Shown: positions 40,366 through 53,307 of the stretch, one piece after another
Layout: each line of letters starts with the position of its first letter
How positions within the stretch are numbered: position 1 is the stretch's first letter
Source of the DNA: Paraspadella gotoi
Lineage: Eukaryota > Animalia > Chaetognatha
Length of the DNA stretch: 64,000 nucleotides
NCBI GenBank assembly: GCA_051294375.1
Contig: CM119267.1
Span: 12,781,081-12,845,080 of the forward strand
Direction: 5' to 3'
Translations under genes and position numbers: made by a program
The notes under the pieces: generated by a model
What the model was told of the DNA's origin: nothing
Seen by the model: the letters and a program-made list of their open reading frames with translations, nothing else
Database searches by the model: none

Positions 40366-42127
40366 TCGCTATTCAGCAGTCGAGGGTAGCGAATCCAAGA
40401 AACGGCGTCGTCTGCTGAATCTCTAACGAGACGCAAAACAACTGAATTCTTCCGAATCTTTTGTGCCGCTTTCTTTTTTTTTCTAGTGCTGTTGTTGTCG
40501 TTGTTCTTTTCGTCGTCGTCGTTGTCGTTGTTGACGACCTAGTTATTTTTTTCGTATTTTTTCTCTCTCGTTCGAACTCGCGGCTTCTGTCTTTATTCTT
40601 GTTTGTCAGTCCCAAGGCGTCGTTAGTAATTTTTTTTATCTTTTTTTCTTTTCGCCTCTTTCTCTCTCTCTCTCTCCTTATTGCTGTTTCTTTTATATTT
40701 CTGGCCTCTCTCCCGACGGTTTAACAGTAACGTTTCTTATCGTTTGTTCTTATTTTTGTTTGTTTTTTGGTTTATTGTTCATTCTTTCTCCTTCTCCCTC
40801 TTTTTATTTTCGTCGAGTTCGCGCGTCGAATTACAAAACGATTTTTTATTGTTTACAAGTCTTTTTAAAAAAAAATAATATTCTTTTTGGGAATAATTTT
40901 TTATTGTTACAATCTCAAGTTTTATTTCACTCGTTGTCAAGTGAGGAAGAGCAAGACAGCCGAGTTTCTTCCATCATTGAAGTCATCATCCCATGACCCA
41001 ATGACCTTTGAACCAAAGTTTGTTTTGCCACAAGTGTTACCGATTTTAGTCGACTAGGTGGCGAGACGCTCGACCGATGTCGTCACTCGCGGCTCCATCA
41101 GTTGTCACACTTAAATCAAGTGACGGAATGGGATGGAACGGAAATATTTGCGACTGGAGGGAAATTTAAATTAAATTAAGTAAGAAAATAGAGTCGATGT
41201 GAGCTGGTGATACGATCGAAAATACGCCAGGCAACAACCATAACGACAAAGACAAAGGCTTCGGTTTTAGCCAGATAAGGAGGCGACGTCGGCGGGATTA
41301 CTTTAGGCCGGCGAGGAAAAGTTATTCCTGGCAGGGAAGAAGAAAGATCCTGGCGAGTGGGATATGGAAAAGCGATAAGTGCCTGCCATCGATGAGAGTT
41401 AGGTACGAGGCCGGATTTCGGTTAGAGAAGAGACAACTCTTCACCCATCAAGGTGAGTAAACAGAGCGAGGGGAAAACAGAGAATTCGGGTGAGGAGTCC
41501 TTGCGACAGAAAAAGTAAGACGCGACAACAAAAATATAAAAAGATGCGCACTCGAGCAACGGGGAAAAACAAACTGTAACCTCGATGGCAGAACCGCGTG
41601 GGGGGGAAGGATTTCATTGGGGAAAAAAAAGGAGATGATAAATAGATTATTTATCGACGAGTTTGATTACCCAAAGGTGGGGAGGTGAGAAGCTGGGGGA
41701 TGGGGGATGGAAACTGGGGCATGGAGAAGAGGATATGTCCTTGGTAGATAAGAGGGATAGGGAGATGGTGTGAATCGTTCGTTAGACATAAAGATGGTTG
41801 GGATGAAAGAAGATTATCGTCGAAAAGCATTCCTCCCTATAGGCCCAGGGCTCCAGTGTTGGGAGAGATCTGGATGCGTCGCGGATAAATTCCAATTCTC
41901 CCCTCGCCTCTTCCCCCCCCCCCTTTATTCGCTCCGAGACGTTAGTTTGCTTCTTTTTTTCCTCGAGACGTTAGTTTGCTTCTTTTTTCTTCTTCTTAGC
42001 ACGAAACGTATTTGTATTATTTTTGTCGGCGAATTAAATTGAATGCGGGAGACGAAGAAGACGAAACCGGAAAAGAAAACATGACCATTCCGGAGGAATC
42101 GAGAAAGAGAATTCCGCTAAGAGGAGA

Positions 42128-42221
<94 letters not shown>

Positions 42222-43145
42222 TGCGGGCGATTAAGTTTAGAATCGTCGAAAGGTCAGCGTAATCCGGTCGACGACATCGAAGGGGTCGAAAAATATCCGG
42301 CGACCCGGAACGTAAAACGGGAGGCGGTTGAGAGGAAGATGGTGGCTCCGGAGTCGGCGGCGTCTTTGACCGAAAAGATGTCGATTAAAGAAGATCTCTA
42401 GAGGTCGCTTGATTTTGGAGTCAGAGGCGGAGGGGCCGATGACGATTAAAGCGACGACGGAGATGGGGCGAACCCGTCGTAAATTAACGAAACGATTTTC
42501 CGACTTCGACGATGCTAAAATTTCCGACCAAGCACTTTTATTTATGGGCGCGGAAGAAACGAGAAGGGGAAAACAAATACGGGGGACACGTATCGATCGG
42601 TTTGTGCATCGGAAGTGGGTGTGGAGTTGACGTCGTGAGGTTGTGACCCGTTCGTTCAAATTAATCGGAACGTTGATGGTCGCGAATTTGTGAGCGAAAA
42701 AGAGCGATGAACTGGGTGAGAACCATTTCGGAATGCCGAGGCCGAGTGAGGGGGGAAAGAATTAGATGGGAGATTGGAAATACTTTTATTCCGTCGTAGA
42801 CTTCAGGTCTGGAAGTTGACAACGAACTAAAAGAACGTTATGCTTGTTTTGGCGTGACGTCCATCTTTTTCGACGTTTTATTGGCTCTTTTTTTATACAC
42901 CCCTGGACCTTTGAAGCGTCATTCAGACATTTTTGGATTAATGTTTTCTATTACTTACAGGGCCTCAAACGTACTAATTACATTTTGGCACTAAAATTCT
43001 CAGTACGAGAGAAGTGGCGTGACTCCGACCCTTGGGGTCTCCGTTTCGTGACAACGATTCTTTGATGGGGTTTCGACGACGATTCTATGGCGTTGTGGGT
43101 TGAATGGCGAGAGAGAGAGAGACAGAGTGCGAGCGAAAATCGGGA

Positions 43146-43203
<58 letters not shown>

Positions 43204-44535
43204 AAATTCCATTAACTGGGAGACGCGACGACGAAAAAGTCGATACGAAGAGGATAAAGAGAGTGAGAGAAAAAATGGGGAGAGAGAGAGAGTGAGAGAG
43301 AAATTCGGAGGTTAAGGGGATTTTCGTGAAAACGAAAAAAGGAGAGAGTGGTTCGGAGGGGTTCGGGGGGAGGGTGCAGAGAGGCTGAGGAAAACGTTGA
43401 GCGGGAGGGAGTATCGTCTCGGGATAAAAACAAGTTTTTGCCTCTGAAATAATTGGAGATGATTTTATAGGAAACTCCGCTGAGAGGAAAGAAAGACAAG
43501 AGAAAAAAGAGAAAAGGGAGTGCGAAGTGGGGACAAAAAGAAAATAAACGTCGAGAAAAGTTTAAACGAATCTGCGGACAAAATCCGGTCGCGACGAAGT
43601 TTAAAAGAAGACGAGTTTTGGTGGGAAAGTAGTCGAGATGATAGGAAACAAGAGGTCAGGTCAAAGGTCAACCTCGCTATTTTTTACTCGTTGACCTTTT
43701 TTTTTCGAGCAAATTATATAAAGCGACGCCATAGATGCATCCGCGAGGGCAACCTCTTCGCTCCAACGACGACGCGCGAATCTCCTCTTTTTTTTCTCCG
43801 ATCATTTTTGTGTATGTGTGTGTGTGTGTGTGTGTGTATTTGTGTGCGCATGTGATCTTCTCGCGATTTTGAGTTTTTCCCCCCCTTTTTTTCTCTGTCC
43901 TTTGGCCAAAAAAAGGAAAGAAAAAGAAAGTAATTTACATTTACATGACTTTTTACAATCTCCCCCCGTTTTTTTTTTGGCCCTACGGAAAGAAACAAAG
44001 ATGTCTTGGCTGCTGAGGGAAAGGGAAATGGTTTTTTAAGTTATGTCCCGGTGGACTTTCACGTTTGACGTGAAGTTTATTGTCGTGGGACTTCGTTGAC
44101 CGGAAGCGGACTTTGCCCTAGAGGTGTAGGATTTAGAAAAAAAATTCCTCGAACGGGTTTTTTCTTTAAACCTTTTACGATCCTGGATTCATCGCGGCAA
44201 CTTTTTTAATGGCTCCGACGCCAACGTTTGGATCCGGAACTGAAAACCTGAAATGATAACCGGATGTAGAATCTGTGGGCGTTTCTTTTCTTCGAATAAC
44301 GGGGGCAGTGCCGGTTGAAAAATGAAGTCTAGCGCTCGGGTTTGTTTGCGATTTTTGGAGGCTAATAGAAAAAAATATTTTACTCCGGGACGTGAGGAGA
44401 AAGTTTTTCTATATTTTTGTACGAACTTTTAAAAACGAATGAAAATGTTTTGCCCTGTCCGATGTTTTCTCGATGAAAAATGTTTTTTTCCTATTCTCGC
44501 GCACGATTTTTTTTTCTTTTTCCTCTCCCAAGATA

Positions 44536-45613
44536 TTTAGTCGGATCTGCTTATCAGAAGATCAGATCAGCAGATCCCGAGTCTATAATCCACTTTGTCA
44601 GTCCGTTGGTCCGCCCGATAAATCTTGTCGGACACTCACTTAAATCATGTCAAAGCATCAAATTATGATAAATTATTCAAAAAAAATGATGTCCGTCCGT
44701 CCGTCCGTCAGTCTGTCCGTCCGTCCCACCTTAGCAAAAAACTCCAATTACTCGGGATTGGATAGTTGGATTGGAATGAAATTTTGTGGGTGGATAGGAA
44801 TGTGTGTGATTGAGCTGGATATAATGTTTTGTTGAAATCCTGTGGAAATGAGTGAAAATGATGAGTGGAAATTAGTTTAAATGGAAAAAAAAGTCATATT
44901 TATTTGAAGTATTTTTACTTATATTTACTTATAACTATTATATTTATTAAAAATTGGATAGATAAATTGAATTTAAAATTTGTGTGTGGGTAGGAAAGTA
45001 TGCAATTAAACTGAAAATAAATTTTTGAAGGAATCGTAGGAGAGGAAAAGTGTTTAAATTAGAATTTGAATTTAAATTTGAATTTTTAAAAATTTCTCTC
45101 TTCTTTACCAATTTATGCCAGTCTACCAAATTATACCAGTTGACCAAATTATGCCAGTTGACCAAATTATGTCAATTGAACAAATTATGTCAGTCTACCA
45201 AATTTTGCAAGTTGATCAAATTTCTCCAGTTGAAAGAATTATGTCAGTTGACCAAATAATGCCCGTTGACCAAATAATGTAAATTGATTAAATTATTCAA
45301 GTTGATCAAATTATGCAAGTTGACCAAAATACGCGAGTTGACCAAATTATGCAAAATTAGCAAATTATGCAAAATTATCAAATTATGCAAGTTGGTATTG
45401 GCGAGGCCACTGGTAATGATTGATAGATCATTTGAATTATAGATTTTTTTATAGATTTATTAGGAAGTCTGTTATTATTTGTTATGTTACGTTGTGTTGT
45501 GTTGTGATCTGTTAAGATAACAAATTAAAAGTCAGAAAAAATTACCGTGGTTTATCAACTTATTACCGCTTAATTATCGTAGGCAGATCCGACATTGTTT
45601 GTTCAAACTTGTT
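44536..45613 (+). mobile_element. HINE-like family 1, most complete copy
   Basis: TTTAGTCGGATCTGCT..AGCAGATCCCGA terminal stem-loop, (GTCC)n, a central 20-bp tandem array at 45110-45395, 3' sub-TIR GCAGATCCGAC and the end CTTGTT. This is the DINE-1 layout. Confidence 0.8.
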
Positions 45614-46521
45614 TATTGATATTGCGAGGCACTCGATTCATTGACTTTGTATAATTATATTTATTTCTAGAATCGAGGGACAAATTATTCGACGGGTGGC
45701 GTCGCTTTTTATTCCCGCCATTTCCTTTTTACGTTCTTTTAATATTCACGTGATTTTATTTTTTATATTCTTATGAAATTGAAACGAATTTTAATTGTTT
45801 TTTTTTCTTTTTTTTCGACGGTTTAATCGGAAAGTCAGATGAAAGCAGCTCGGCAGCTGGCCATTTTGATTTTATTTTTTTCTTTAGTTTTAATCTCGGT
45901 TTTAATTTAAAAATCATGATGATAATATCCCCATACATAGTCCCACTTTGTACAATAATATCGTATAGTATAAAATAGATTTTTATCGACTGACTCCATC
46001 TGACTCAACTCACAGAATTTCAGACTGAATTCAGTCAAGTCGTCGTTGAGTTTCAGAATCCACAGTGATGAAAAATCTTCGCATCGTTGCTCCGATTCTA
46101 AGAATGAAATAACGAGAAAAGGCATTAATTGACGAAAACATGAATTTGACGATTAATGGGAAGTTTGTTACGATTATTAATGAAGGGAAAAAAAGGGATT
46201 TGATATGGCCGTCGTCGTTTTCCTTGTTTGGTTTTGTTTTTGTTTAAACGTAAATAGTCCAGTAAATATTTCACGGAATGAAGCTTCTGCCTGCAGATTC
46301 TGTTAACAAAAAACACAATTCATTAAAATGATATATTCTCGCTTTGAGATGAATGTTTTCAACAGCAAGAGAGAGAGAAAATTGCGTTTTTTCTACAACC
46401 ATCCTTACTATCTCTTATTATTGTTATGATAATCGTAATTATCATAATTAGTATTTTTACAGCCATAAAAAAAAAAAGCCAGGCTCTTTCTTTCATTTGT
46501 TTTTTTAGGGCGAAACGTTTA

Positions 46522-46574
<53 letters not shown>

Positions 46575-47084
46575 GTAGTTTTTTCTGTAGTTTTTCCCTC
46601 GCAGAGAGATTTTCTCAGTCACGGGCGCCTACTCGGAAAATCGCGTCCTAGGATGTCGTCGTCGTCGACGTCGTTTCGCGTCGTCCGCCTTCAAAGGGAC
46701 GTCGTCGTTCTCGTCGTCGTCGTCAATGTCGTCGTGGACACTCGCGTGATTTCGCGCGTTTCAAGTTCCAACACGACGATCGAGAAAGAAAAAAAAGAAA
46801 ATTGCGATAGAGAAAGTTGCCCGATGAATCAAGCGAAGTTGCCCGATGAATCAAGCGAAGTTACCCGGCTTTTGAAATTCCCGACGGGCTGAGGGAAGGG
46901 AAGAGAGAGAATTGAATTGAAAATATAATTGTGAGCTTTAGGCTCGTTTCACAAACTGCCTTTAAAAGCTACTATTTCTAAGAGAATTTCTGAAAACAAC
47001 ATCAATAAATAAATCGTCTTCTTAATCATTCAAATATACAGTTTTGGTGGACTCTTTCTAACTGACAATTGAGACAGTTGTTTT

Positions 47085-47545
47085 TATTTGCTACCCGATC
47101 CCATCCCAACAAATATTCTATTGACGATATATGTAATTATATGTATGAGTAAAAATTGTGTTATTAGAAATACTTTCAATAATTCCATCAAACAGAGAAT
47201 TTAGTATATGGACTGAAAAATTTCTGACATAATCAGACAAGGAAATCATGCTGGCCGCATCAAGAGCTATTTGTTTGTCTATGTGAATTTGTAATTTATG
47301 AAATATTTTTATAGCACGTAGCTGCAAATCGTCAAACTTTTCCCAGTGATAGCTCCCTGCACAAATAAAACAAGGTCATGAATACAGAAAAAGAGAAACA
47401 ATTAAAGATGAAAAAAAGTTGATAAACCAATTTAAAGTTGTCTCCAGAAACATAACGAGATAGTCTATTTATGGTAGTGCCTGAATCTAGATTCAGATTT
47501 TCAAAAAACTTTAAAAATATGATCAGAACCATATTTAATGGAAAT
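47085..47545 (-). pseudogene. Decayed LINE ORF2 C-terminal fragment
   Basis: SLIVSLFLYS*PCFICAGSYHWEKFDDLQLRAIKIFHKL..ALDAASMISLSDYVR resembles the IRxxLEYxxPxW..KLxxxQxRALR region of non-LTR retrotransposons. Confidence 0.5.
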
Positions 47546-47666
47546 TAGATACACAGCCGGTAGGTCAAGTAAGCTCAAAAGGTTAGTAATAAAAATCGAG
47601 TGACTCGAATATGCAAATGAGATTAATGCGTCATCGTAAGGTTGAATATAAGACAAAAGAGAGCAT

Positions 47667-48242
47667 TGTGGATAAGGCGCTAAGTAGGCAGAAGATGACT
47701 ATCCGTAACTTCTATAACCCCCTCTAGCAGACATGGAACGGGTCCTGGGCTTGGAACCAGGCTTGAGGGTTTGCCACGCCCCCAAAGCGGCTTACGGCCG
47801 TCCTTACTCTTCCCGCAGGGTAGGTACTGGATTGGGATTAAACCCGGTACCTAGTGGTCATGAGCTGATGGCTTTACTCAATGAGCCATTGGGTCACAAC
47901 TGAAAGTGTCATGCTTATAGGCGGGGTGAACCTAGGAATGCCTGAGTACATGCCCCCCAGATTGTAACCCACCCTGCACTGCTTCCAGTGGAGGGAGGGG
48001 AGCAATCTTCAGCACGTCCATGGGCCTGGAATCAGAAGGTTGGAATACGCTCGACAGGAGGGGTTAACAGTGTGGAAAAGGCGCTAAGTGGGCAGAAGAT
48101 GACTATTCGTAACTTCTATAACCCCCTCTAGCAGACGTGGAACGGGTCCTGGGCTTGAAACCAGGCTTGAGGGTTTGCGACGCCCCCAAGGCAGCTTAGG
48201 GCTGTCCTCACTCTTCCCGCAGGGTAGGTACTGGATTGGGAT
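47667..48242. repeat. GC-rich direct repeat (period 404 bp) with an antisense tRNA-like module
   Basis: 47667-47839 matches 48071-48242. The minus strand of ~47823-47895 reads GACCCAATGGCTCATTGAGTAAAGCCATCAGCTCATGACCACTAGGTACCGGGTTTAATCCC (A-box, CAT loop, B-box-like). Confidence 0.7.
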
Positions 48243-48646
48243 TTTGTTCGTTTTTCTTACTCTGATAAACGCGCGATCTATCGACTAGCGCGAACAAAAG
48301 GGCATTTCGTGGCGAGGCGGACCGATATGAGAATTAAAGATGCTTATTTCTTAACTCAGATACTGAATGGTCAAATTGACCGAACCACCGCGATCCGCCC
48401 GTGTCGCTGATCCGATTTTTATTTCGCAACATTTTTTGTGACAAATTTTTTTTTCGGATCAGAGACATCGAAGTCTCGTCGGTTTTAGCCAATGAGATGC
48501 CGCCAATTAAAACAGTGTATCCTGATTGGTCGATATTTCTGATCTACTAATTTAGTCGTGTCCTCTGATCCGATTTTAGATTGTTATTTGTATATCGTTA
48601 ATACTTTTTTATTAAATATTGCTAAAAATTGACTATGTGTTTACAG

Positions 48647-49420
48647 TTCATTGAATAAAGAAATATCAAAAACTATTGAACTTTATAAAGCTAACAGTTT
48701 AGAAATGGAGAAAAAGGAGAGATTGAAGCGAGGGCTGTACTACGCATGCTGGGATAAGATCAAACGATACATGAGGTCCACGAAAGTGGGAACGTTTTCA
48801 ATTGGGGCGAAAAAGAAGATCAAAGCCTTGGCACTGGGTAAAATCCAATAGGGCGGCAGCGAACGGTTGTTCAGACAAGTGGGTCAGGGAAAGGTTAGCC
48901 TCATATTTTTAATTTTTACTCGTTTTATTTTTTATTGACAAATGTTTCATTGTCGATGACTTTATCGTAGGTTTGAGGAGAAATCTAAAGATTGGGGGCG
49001 AATGGGGGGACCACGTCCTGAATATTGGGATCGTCTCTGGGTAAACCTCCCAGAGGAAAAAGAATTCCGCAGGATATTCGCTGGCAGATTCCCACACAAC
49101 CTGTTTTGGATTCCAGTAGGGCTAAGTATTTTCTCCCGGCAAATAAGATCGCTTTGTGTTCGCAAGCGACGATTGGAGAATCTGAGAAACTGGACATGGG
49201 ACGATAGTGCCATTGTCGACCCCTTCCTTAGTCATCGGTGAGGCGATTATTTTTCTATGGTTAGCTTTAGTCAATTTAAAAGTATATTTACATTTACATT
49301 TACATCAGGCACGAAAACAGACGCTTTTCGGTCTTCGAGGGCATTCATATGGCCGTTCCGCAGTGCTTTCAAACGCCAATATTTTTCATTGACGAAGCAA
49401 AGCTGCAAACCTTTGCGAAA
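48647..49420 (+). pseudogene. Possible spliced, Trp-rich gene remnant of unknown function
   Basis: A GT..AG intron at 48894-48970 joins ..SDKWVRE/R to FEEKSKDWGRMGGPRPEYWDRLWVNLPEE.. in frame. Donor GTGAGG at 49238. An upstream frameshift is needed and the sequence runs into the N-gap. Confidence 0.35.
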
Positions 49421-50436
49421 NNNNNNNNNNNNNNNNNNNNNNNNNNNNNNNNNNNNNNNNNNNNNNNNNNNNNNNNNNNNNNNNNNNNNNNNNNNNNNNN
49501 NNNNNNNNNNNNNNNNNNNNNNNNNNNNNNNNNNNNNNNNNNNNNNNNNNNNNNNNNNNNNNNNNNNNNNNNNNNNNNNNNNNNNNNNNNNNNNNNNNNN
49601 NNNNNNNNNNNNNNNNNNNNNNNNNNNNNNNNNNNNNNNNNNNNNNNNNNNNNNNNNNNNNNNNNNNNNNNNNNNNNNNNNNNNNNNNNNNNNNNNNNNN
49701 NNNNNNNNNNNNNNNNNNNNNNNNNNNNNNNNNNNNNNNNNNNNNNNNNNNNNNNNNNNNNNNNNNNNNNNNNNNNNNNNNNNNNNNNNNNNNNNNNNNN
49801 NNNNNNNNNNNNNNNNNNNNNNNNNNNNNNNNNNNNNNNNNNNNNNNNNNNNNNNNNNNNNNNNNNNNNNNNNNNNNNNNNNNNNNNNNNNNNNNNNNNN
49901 NNNNNNNNNNNNNNNNNNNNNNNNNNNNNNNNNNNNNNNNNNNNNNNNNNNNNNNNNNNNNNNNNNNNNNNNNNNNNNNNNNNNNNNNNNNNNNNNNNNN
50001 NNNNNNNNNNNNNNNNNNNNNNNNNNNNNNNNNNNNNNNNNNNNNNNNNNNNNNNNNNNNNNNNNNNNNNNNNNNNNNNNNNNNNNNNNNNNNNNNNNNN
50101 NNNNNNNNNNNNNNNNNNNNNNNNNNNNNNNNNNNNNNNNNNNNNNNNNNNNNNNNNNNNNNNNNNNNNNNNNNNNNNNNNNNNNNNNNNNNNNNNNNNN
50201 NNNNNNNNNNNCCGAAAGACAACTCTTAGCAAATTGAGTCAGTGGTTCGCTGGGCGATTTGCCCTGACGTCCACTAAGAAGAAACGCTCGTCAGCGATGC
50301 GCTGTCCCTACGCTGGCTATCATTAGACTTGTCCAGTTCCACGAAGCCATCTCCGATACACATTTATCTGGTCCCGTTTGGACACGTGGGACCATTTAAG
50401 GACTGGAACGCAAGAATACGAATATCTCTCTCCTTT

Positions 50437-51124
50437 CAAGCCAGAGGAGGCAAGGGGCTATCATTGGTCAATTTTTAAGCAGTCCACCGTTGAGGTTCGA
50501 TCGTAGGTACGACCCCGGCAGATTTTTCTGAAAAAAAAAAGTTCGATCCGAGAAAAAAAAAGTAGAAAATGAAAGGTAGGAATGGTAGAAATGGAGGACA
50601 GAAATTCTAAATTTTCACAGGAAAATTTATAAATTTAACGGAAAATTTGTAATTTTGATGGTCAGCAAGACCACTAATNNNNNNNNNNCTAAACATGCAG
50701 CGTTTGGGTGCTTTCGCTGATAATGCTGATAATGCTGTGTCTTATTGTACCAAATTTAGTTGATATATAGTATATTTTACACGATGAAACTAAATTGTTG
50801 CAAAATTATTACTATTTATTGTCAAATGTACATTTTTGGAGGCATATCGTTCTTTCGTCTGAACTACGCACCTGATTGGTTGAAAGCCAGAGGAGGCAAG
50901 GGGCTATCATTGGTCAATTTTTAAGCAGTCCACCGTTGAGGTTCGATCGTAGGTACGACCCCGGCAGATTTTTCTGAAAAAAAAAAGTTCGATCCGAGAA
51001 AAAAAAAGTAGAAAATGAAAGGTAGGAATGGTAGAAATGGAGGACAGAAATTCTAAATTTTCACAGGAAAATTTATAAATTTAACGGAAAATTTGTAATT
51101 TTGATGGTCAGCAAGACCACTAAT
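50437..51124. other. ~240-bp apparently exact duplication across a ~10-N gap (probable contig-overlap artefact)
   Basis: AAGCCAGAGGAGGCAAGGGG..GCAAGACCACTAAT occurs at 50438-50678 and 50884-51124. Confidence 0.75.
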
Positions 51125-51239
51125 AAAAAGTATTAGGATTGTTTTTTTTTATAAATAATTCTCATAGACTCTGCTGGGCAGTTGTTAGCGGTGAATATAT
51201 TTCTGGTCAGAGGAAAATTTGTAATTTAGCCTTGTCGGG

Positions 51240-51930
51240 TTTTCGACGAATTTTTCGTTGCCACCGGAGTGAAGAGTGAAGTTTTGGCCGACGAATTTAC
51301 AACTCGGTCAAGGAGAGTTTCAAGTCCTCTCACTCTCGGACCACATAAAGAAAGTAAAGGAAAAGTAACTCCTCCACAAATTTTTTCTCCCACTTTTCTC
51401 CATGAATTTTTCCTTGCCAGCGGAGTGAAGAGTGAAGTTTTGGCTGACGAATTTACAAAGTGGTCAAGGAGAATTTCATATAACAAATAAAGATAAACTT
51501 ATATTTTCTTTTTTCTCTCGGACTCTCGGACCACATAAAGAAACTAAAGAAACTAAAGAAATAACCTGTTCAACTCGTACAACTTCCCTCTTTTCCACAA
51601 ATTTTTTGTCCCACTTTCCTCCACGAATTTTTCGTTGCCAGCAGAGTGAAGAGTGAAGTTTTGGCCGACGAATTTACAAAGTGGTCAAGGAGAATTTCAT
51701 ATAACAAATTAAGATAAACTTATATTTTCCTTTTTTCTCTCACTCTCGGACCACATAAAGAAACTAAAGAAGCTAAAGAAACTAAAGAAATAACTTGTAT
51801 AACTTGTATAACTTCCTTCTTTCCACAAATTTTTTCTCCCACTTTCCTCCACGAATTTTTTCTTGCCAGCAGAGTCTAGCGCGAAGTTTTTACCCCGAAA
51901 TTCGCAACTCGGTCAAGGAGAATTTCCAAA
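51240..51930. repeat. Tandem repeat, 3-4 units of ~150-230 bp
   Basis: GAGTGAAGAGTGAAGTTTTGGCCGACGAATTTACAA and CTCTCGGACCACATAAAGAAA recur. Confidence 0.85.
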
Positions 51931-52129
51931 TCCGCACGCCACGCCGCTACACCCCCCTTGCTCTCCGGACACTAATACTTACTACTATACCCACACCCCC
52001 CCACACCCCCCCCTCGCTCCGGCCACTAATACCCAGTACTGTGGTCAAAAATCTGCTTAATAAAGTTATGTCTATATCACTGTCTCTCCTTCTCCGCCTT
52101 CCTTCGCTCCCTCCTTGGACACTTCCCAT

Positions 52130-52775
52130 CCACTGTGAAGTAGCATCATCAACAGATTCCCAGGCGTTGTGCACTGTGGGCTAGGAGTCATACTCCAGCC
52201 GGAAACGATAAACATCATCCCCACATTTCCATTTCATGTCTCTCTCCATGTGTACGGGCCCCACTCTCCAACAAAGCGCTTGACCTCATTCCAATTGTAA
52301 ATTAGCAGTGCCACGGTGGACACCCTTCTCCGTCGCTCGAAGAATTTCACAACCAGCATCTTCTAAGATTTTATCAAAGTAGGAGTTGGGCACTTGCGAC
52401 ATGTCGCCCTTGCAGGCGCCAAAGGAAGCGACCCAAGTACCCGGCCTTTTTGAGCGACGCTGACGAAGCGGGACCCTCTTTTGTCTGTCCAATGGTAGGG
52501 AATTTCCAGCACGAAAACGAATTCAAGAAATTCTGCTGTCCTAGAATCGCTATGTGAGCACGTTGAAGGTGCCTCGCGATTAAATCCCGCATCAATTGAA
52601 TGTCGCGGTGCGCCTTTCGTTGACGATTCGAACCACTTTGGAGATATCCTTGAGTTCTACCCTCCACGTGAATATGAACTTGGGAAGGGATGCCCGATGC
52701 TCCAGAGAGATGAGTCGAACTACAATTAAGTGTTTTAGTTGTTTCTCATATTTTTTATTTCTACGATTTTCCACA
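52130..52775 (-). pseudogene. Decayed ORF, possibly non-LTR retrotransposon ORF1/gag-like; duplicated at ~53560-54100
   Basis: GC-rich coding-like stretch spread over several frames (VPNSYFDKILEDAGCEILRATEKGVHRGT..) with Cys/His remnants at the C-terminal end. The family assignment is a tentative inference. Confidence 0.35.
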
Positions 52776-53254
52776 GTTTTAATTTTTATTTATTTTGTTT
52801 TATATTTCTTTATATTAATTTTATTTTTATTTCAACGATTCTCACTAGTGTTTGTGAATTTTCTATATTATTTTTATTTAATTTTTATTTAATTTTATTT
52901 TTATTTCACGATTCCACAAATTTATTTACTTTTATAATTGCCGTTTTTAATCAATTAGTTTTTAATCGGATGTTTGAAGCAGTAGCCGTTGAAAAGCAGT
53001 GAACCAATCAGTAAACACTAAGCAGTAAACACCGAGTCAGACCCTAGCAGGCCCGACCCGCCGAAGCCGTTATTCCAAAACAGATAAGAATGTGAAATAG
53101 TATATTTAAGAATATTTAGAGTTGATCGCTGTTTGAAAAATTTTTGAAGAAAAAGTTTGAGTATTTTTTTTTTGTAGGTAAGTAATTTTCGAGAGAGTAT
53201 TGTTCTGTAGGTAAGTAATTTTCGAGTAGTTTTTTCAAAAAATAAAAAAGAAAA

Positions 53255-53307
<53 letters not shown>

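Noticed and set aside
46813-46862. ~22-bp tandem duplication (also 41935-41990, and (TGACC)n at 27520-27552)
   Set aside because: Simple slippage-type duplications with no further structure.
49257-50326. 280-326 aa ORFs
   Set aside because: They consist almost entirely of X residues from the N-gap.
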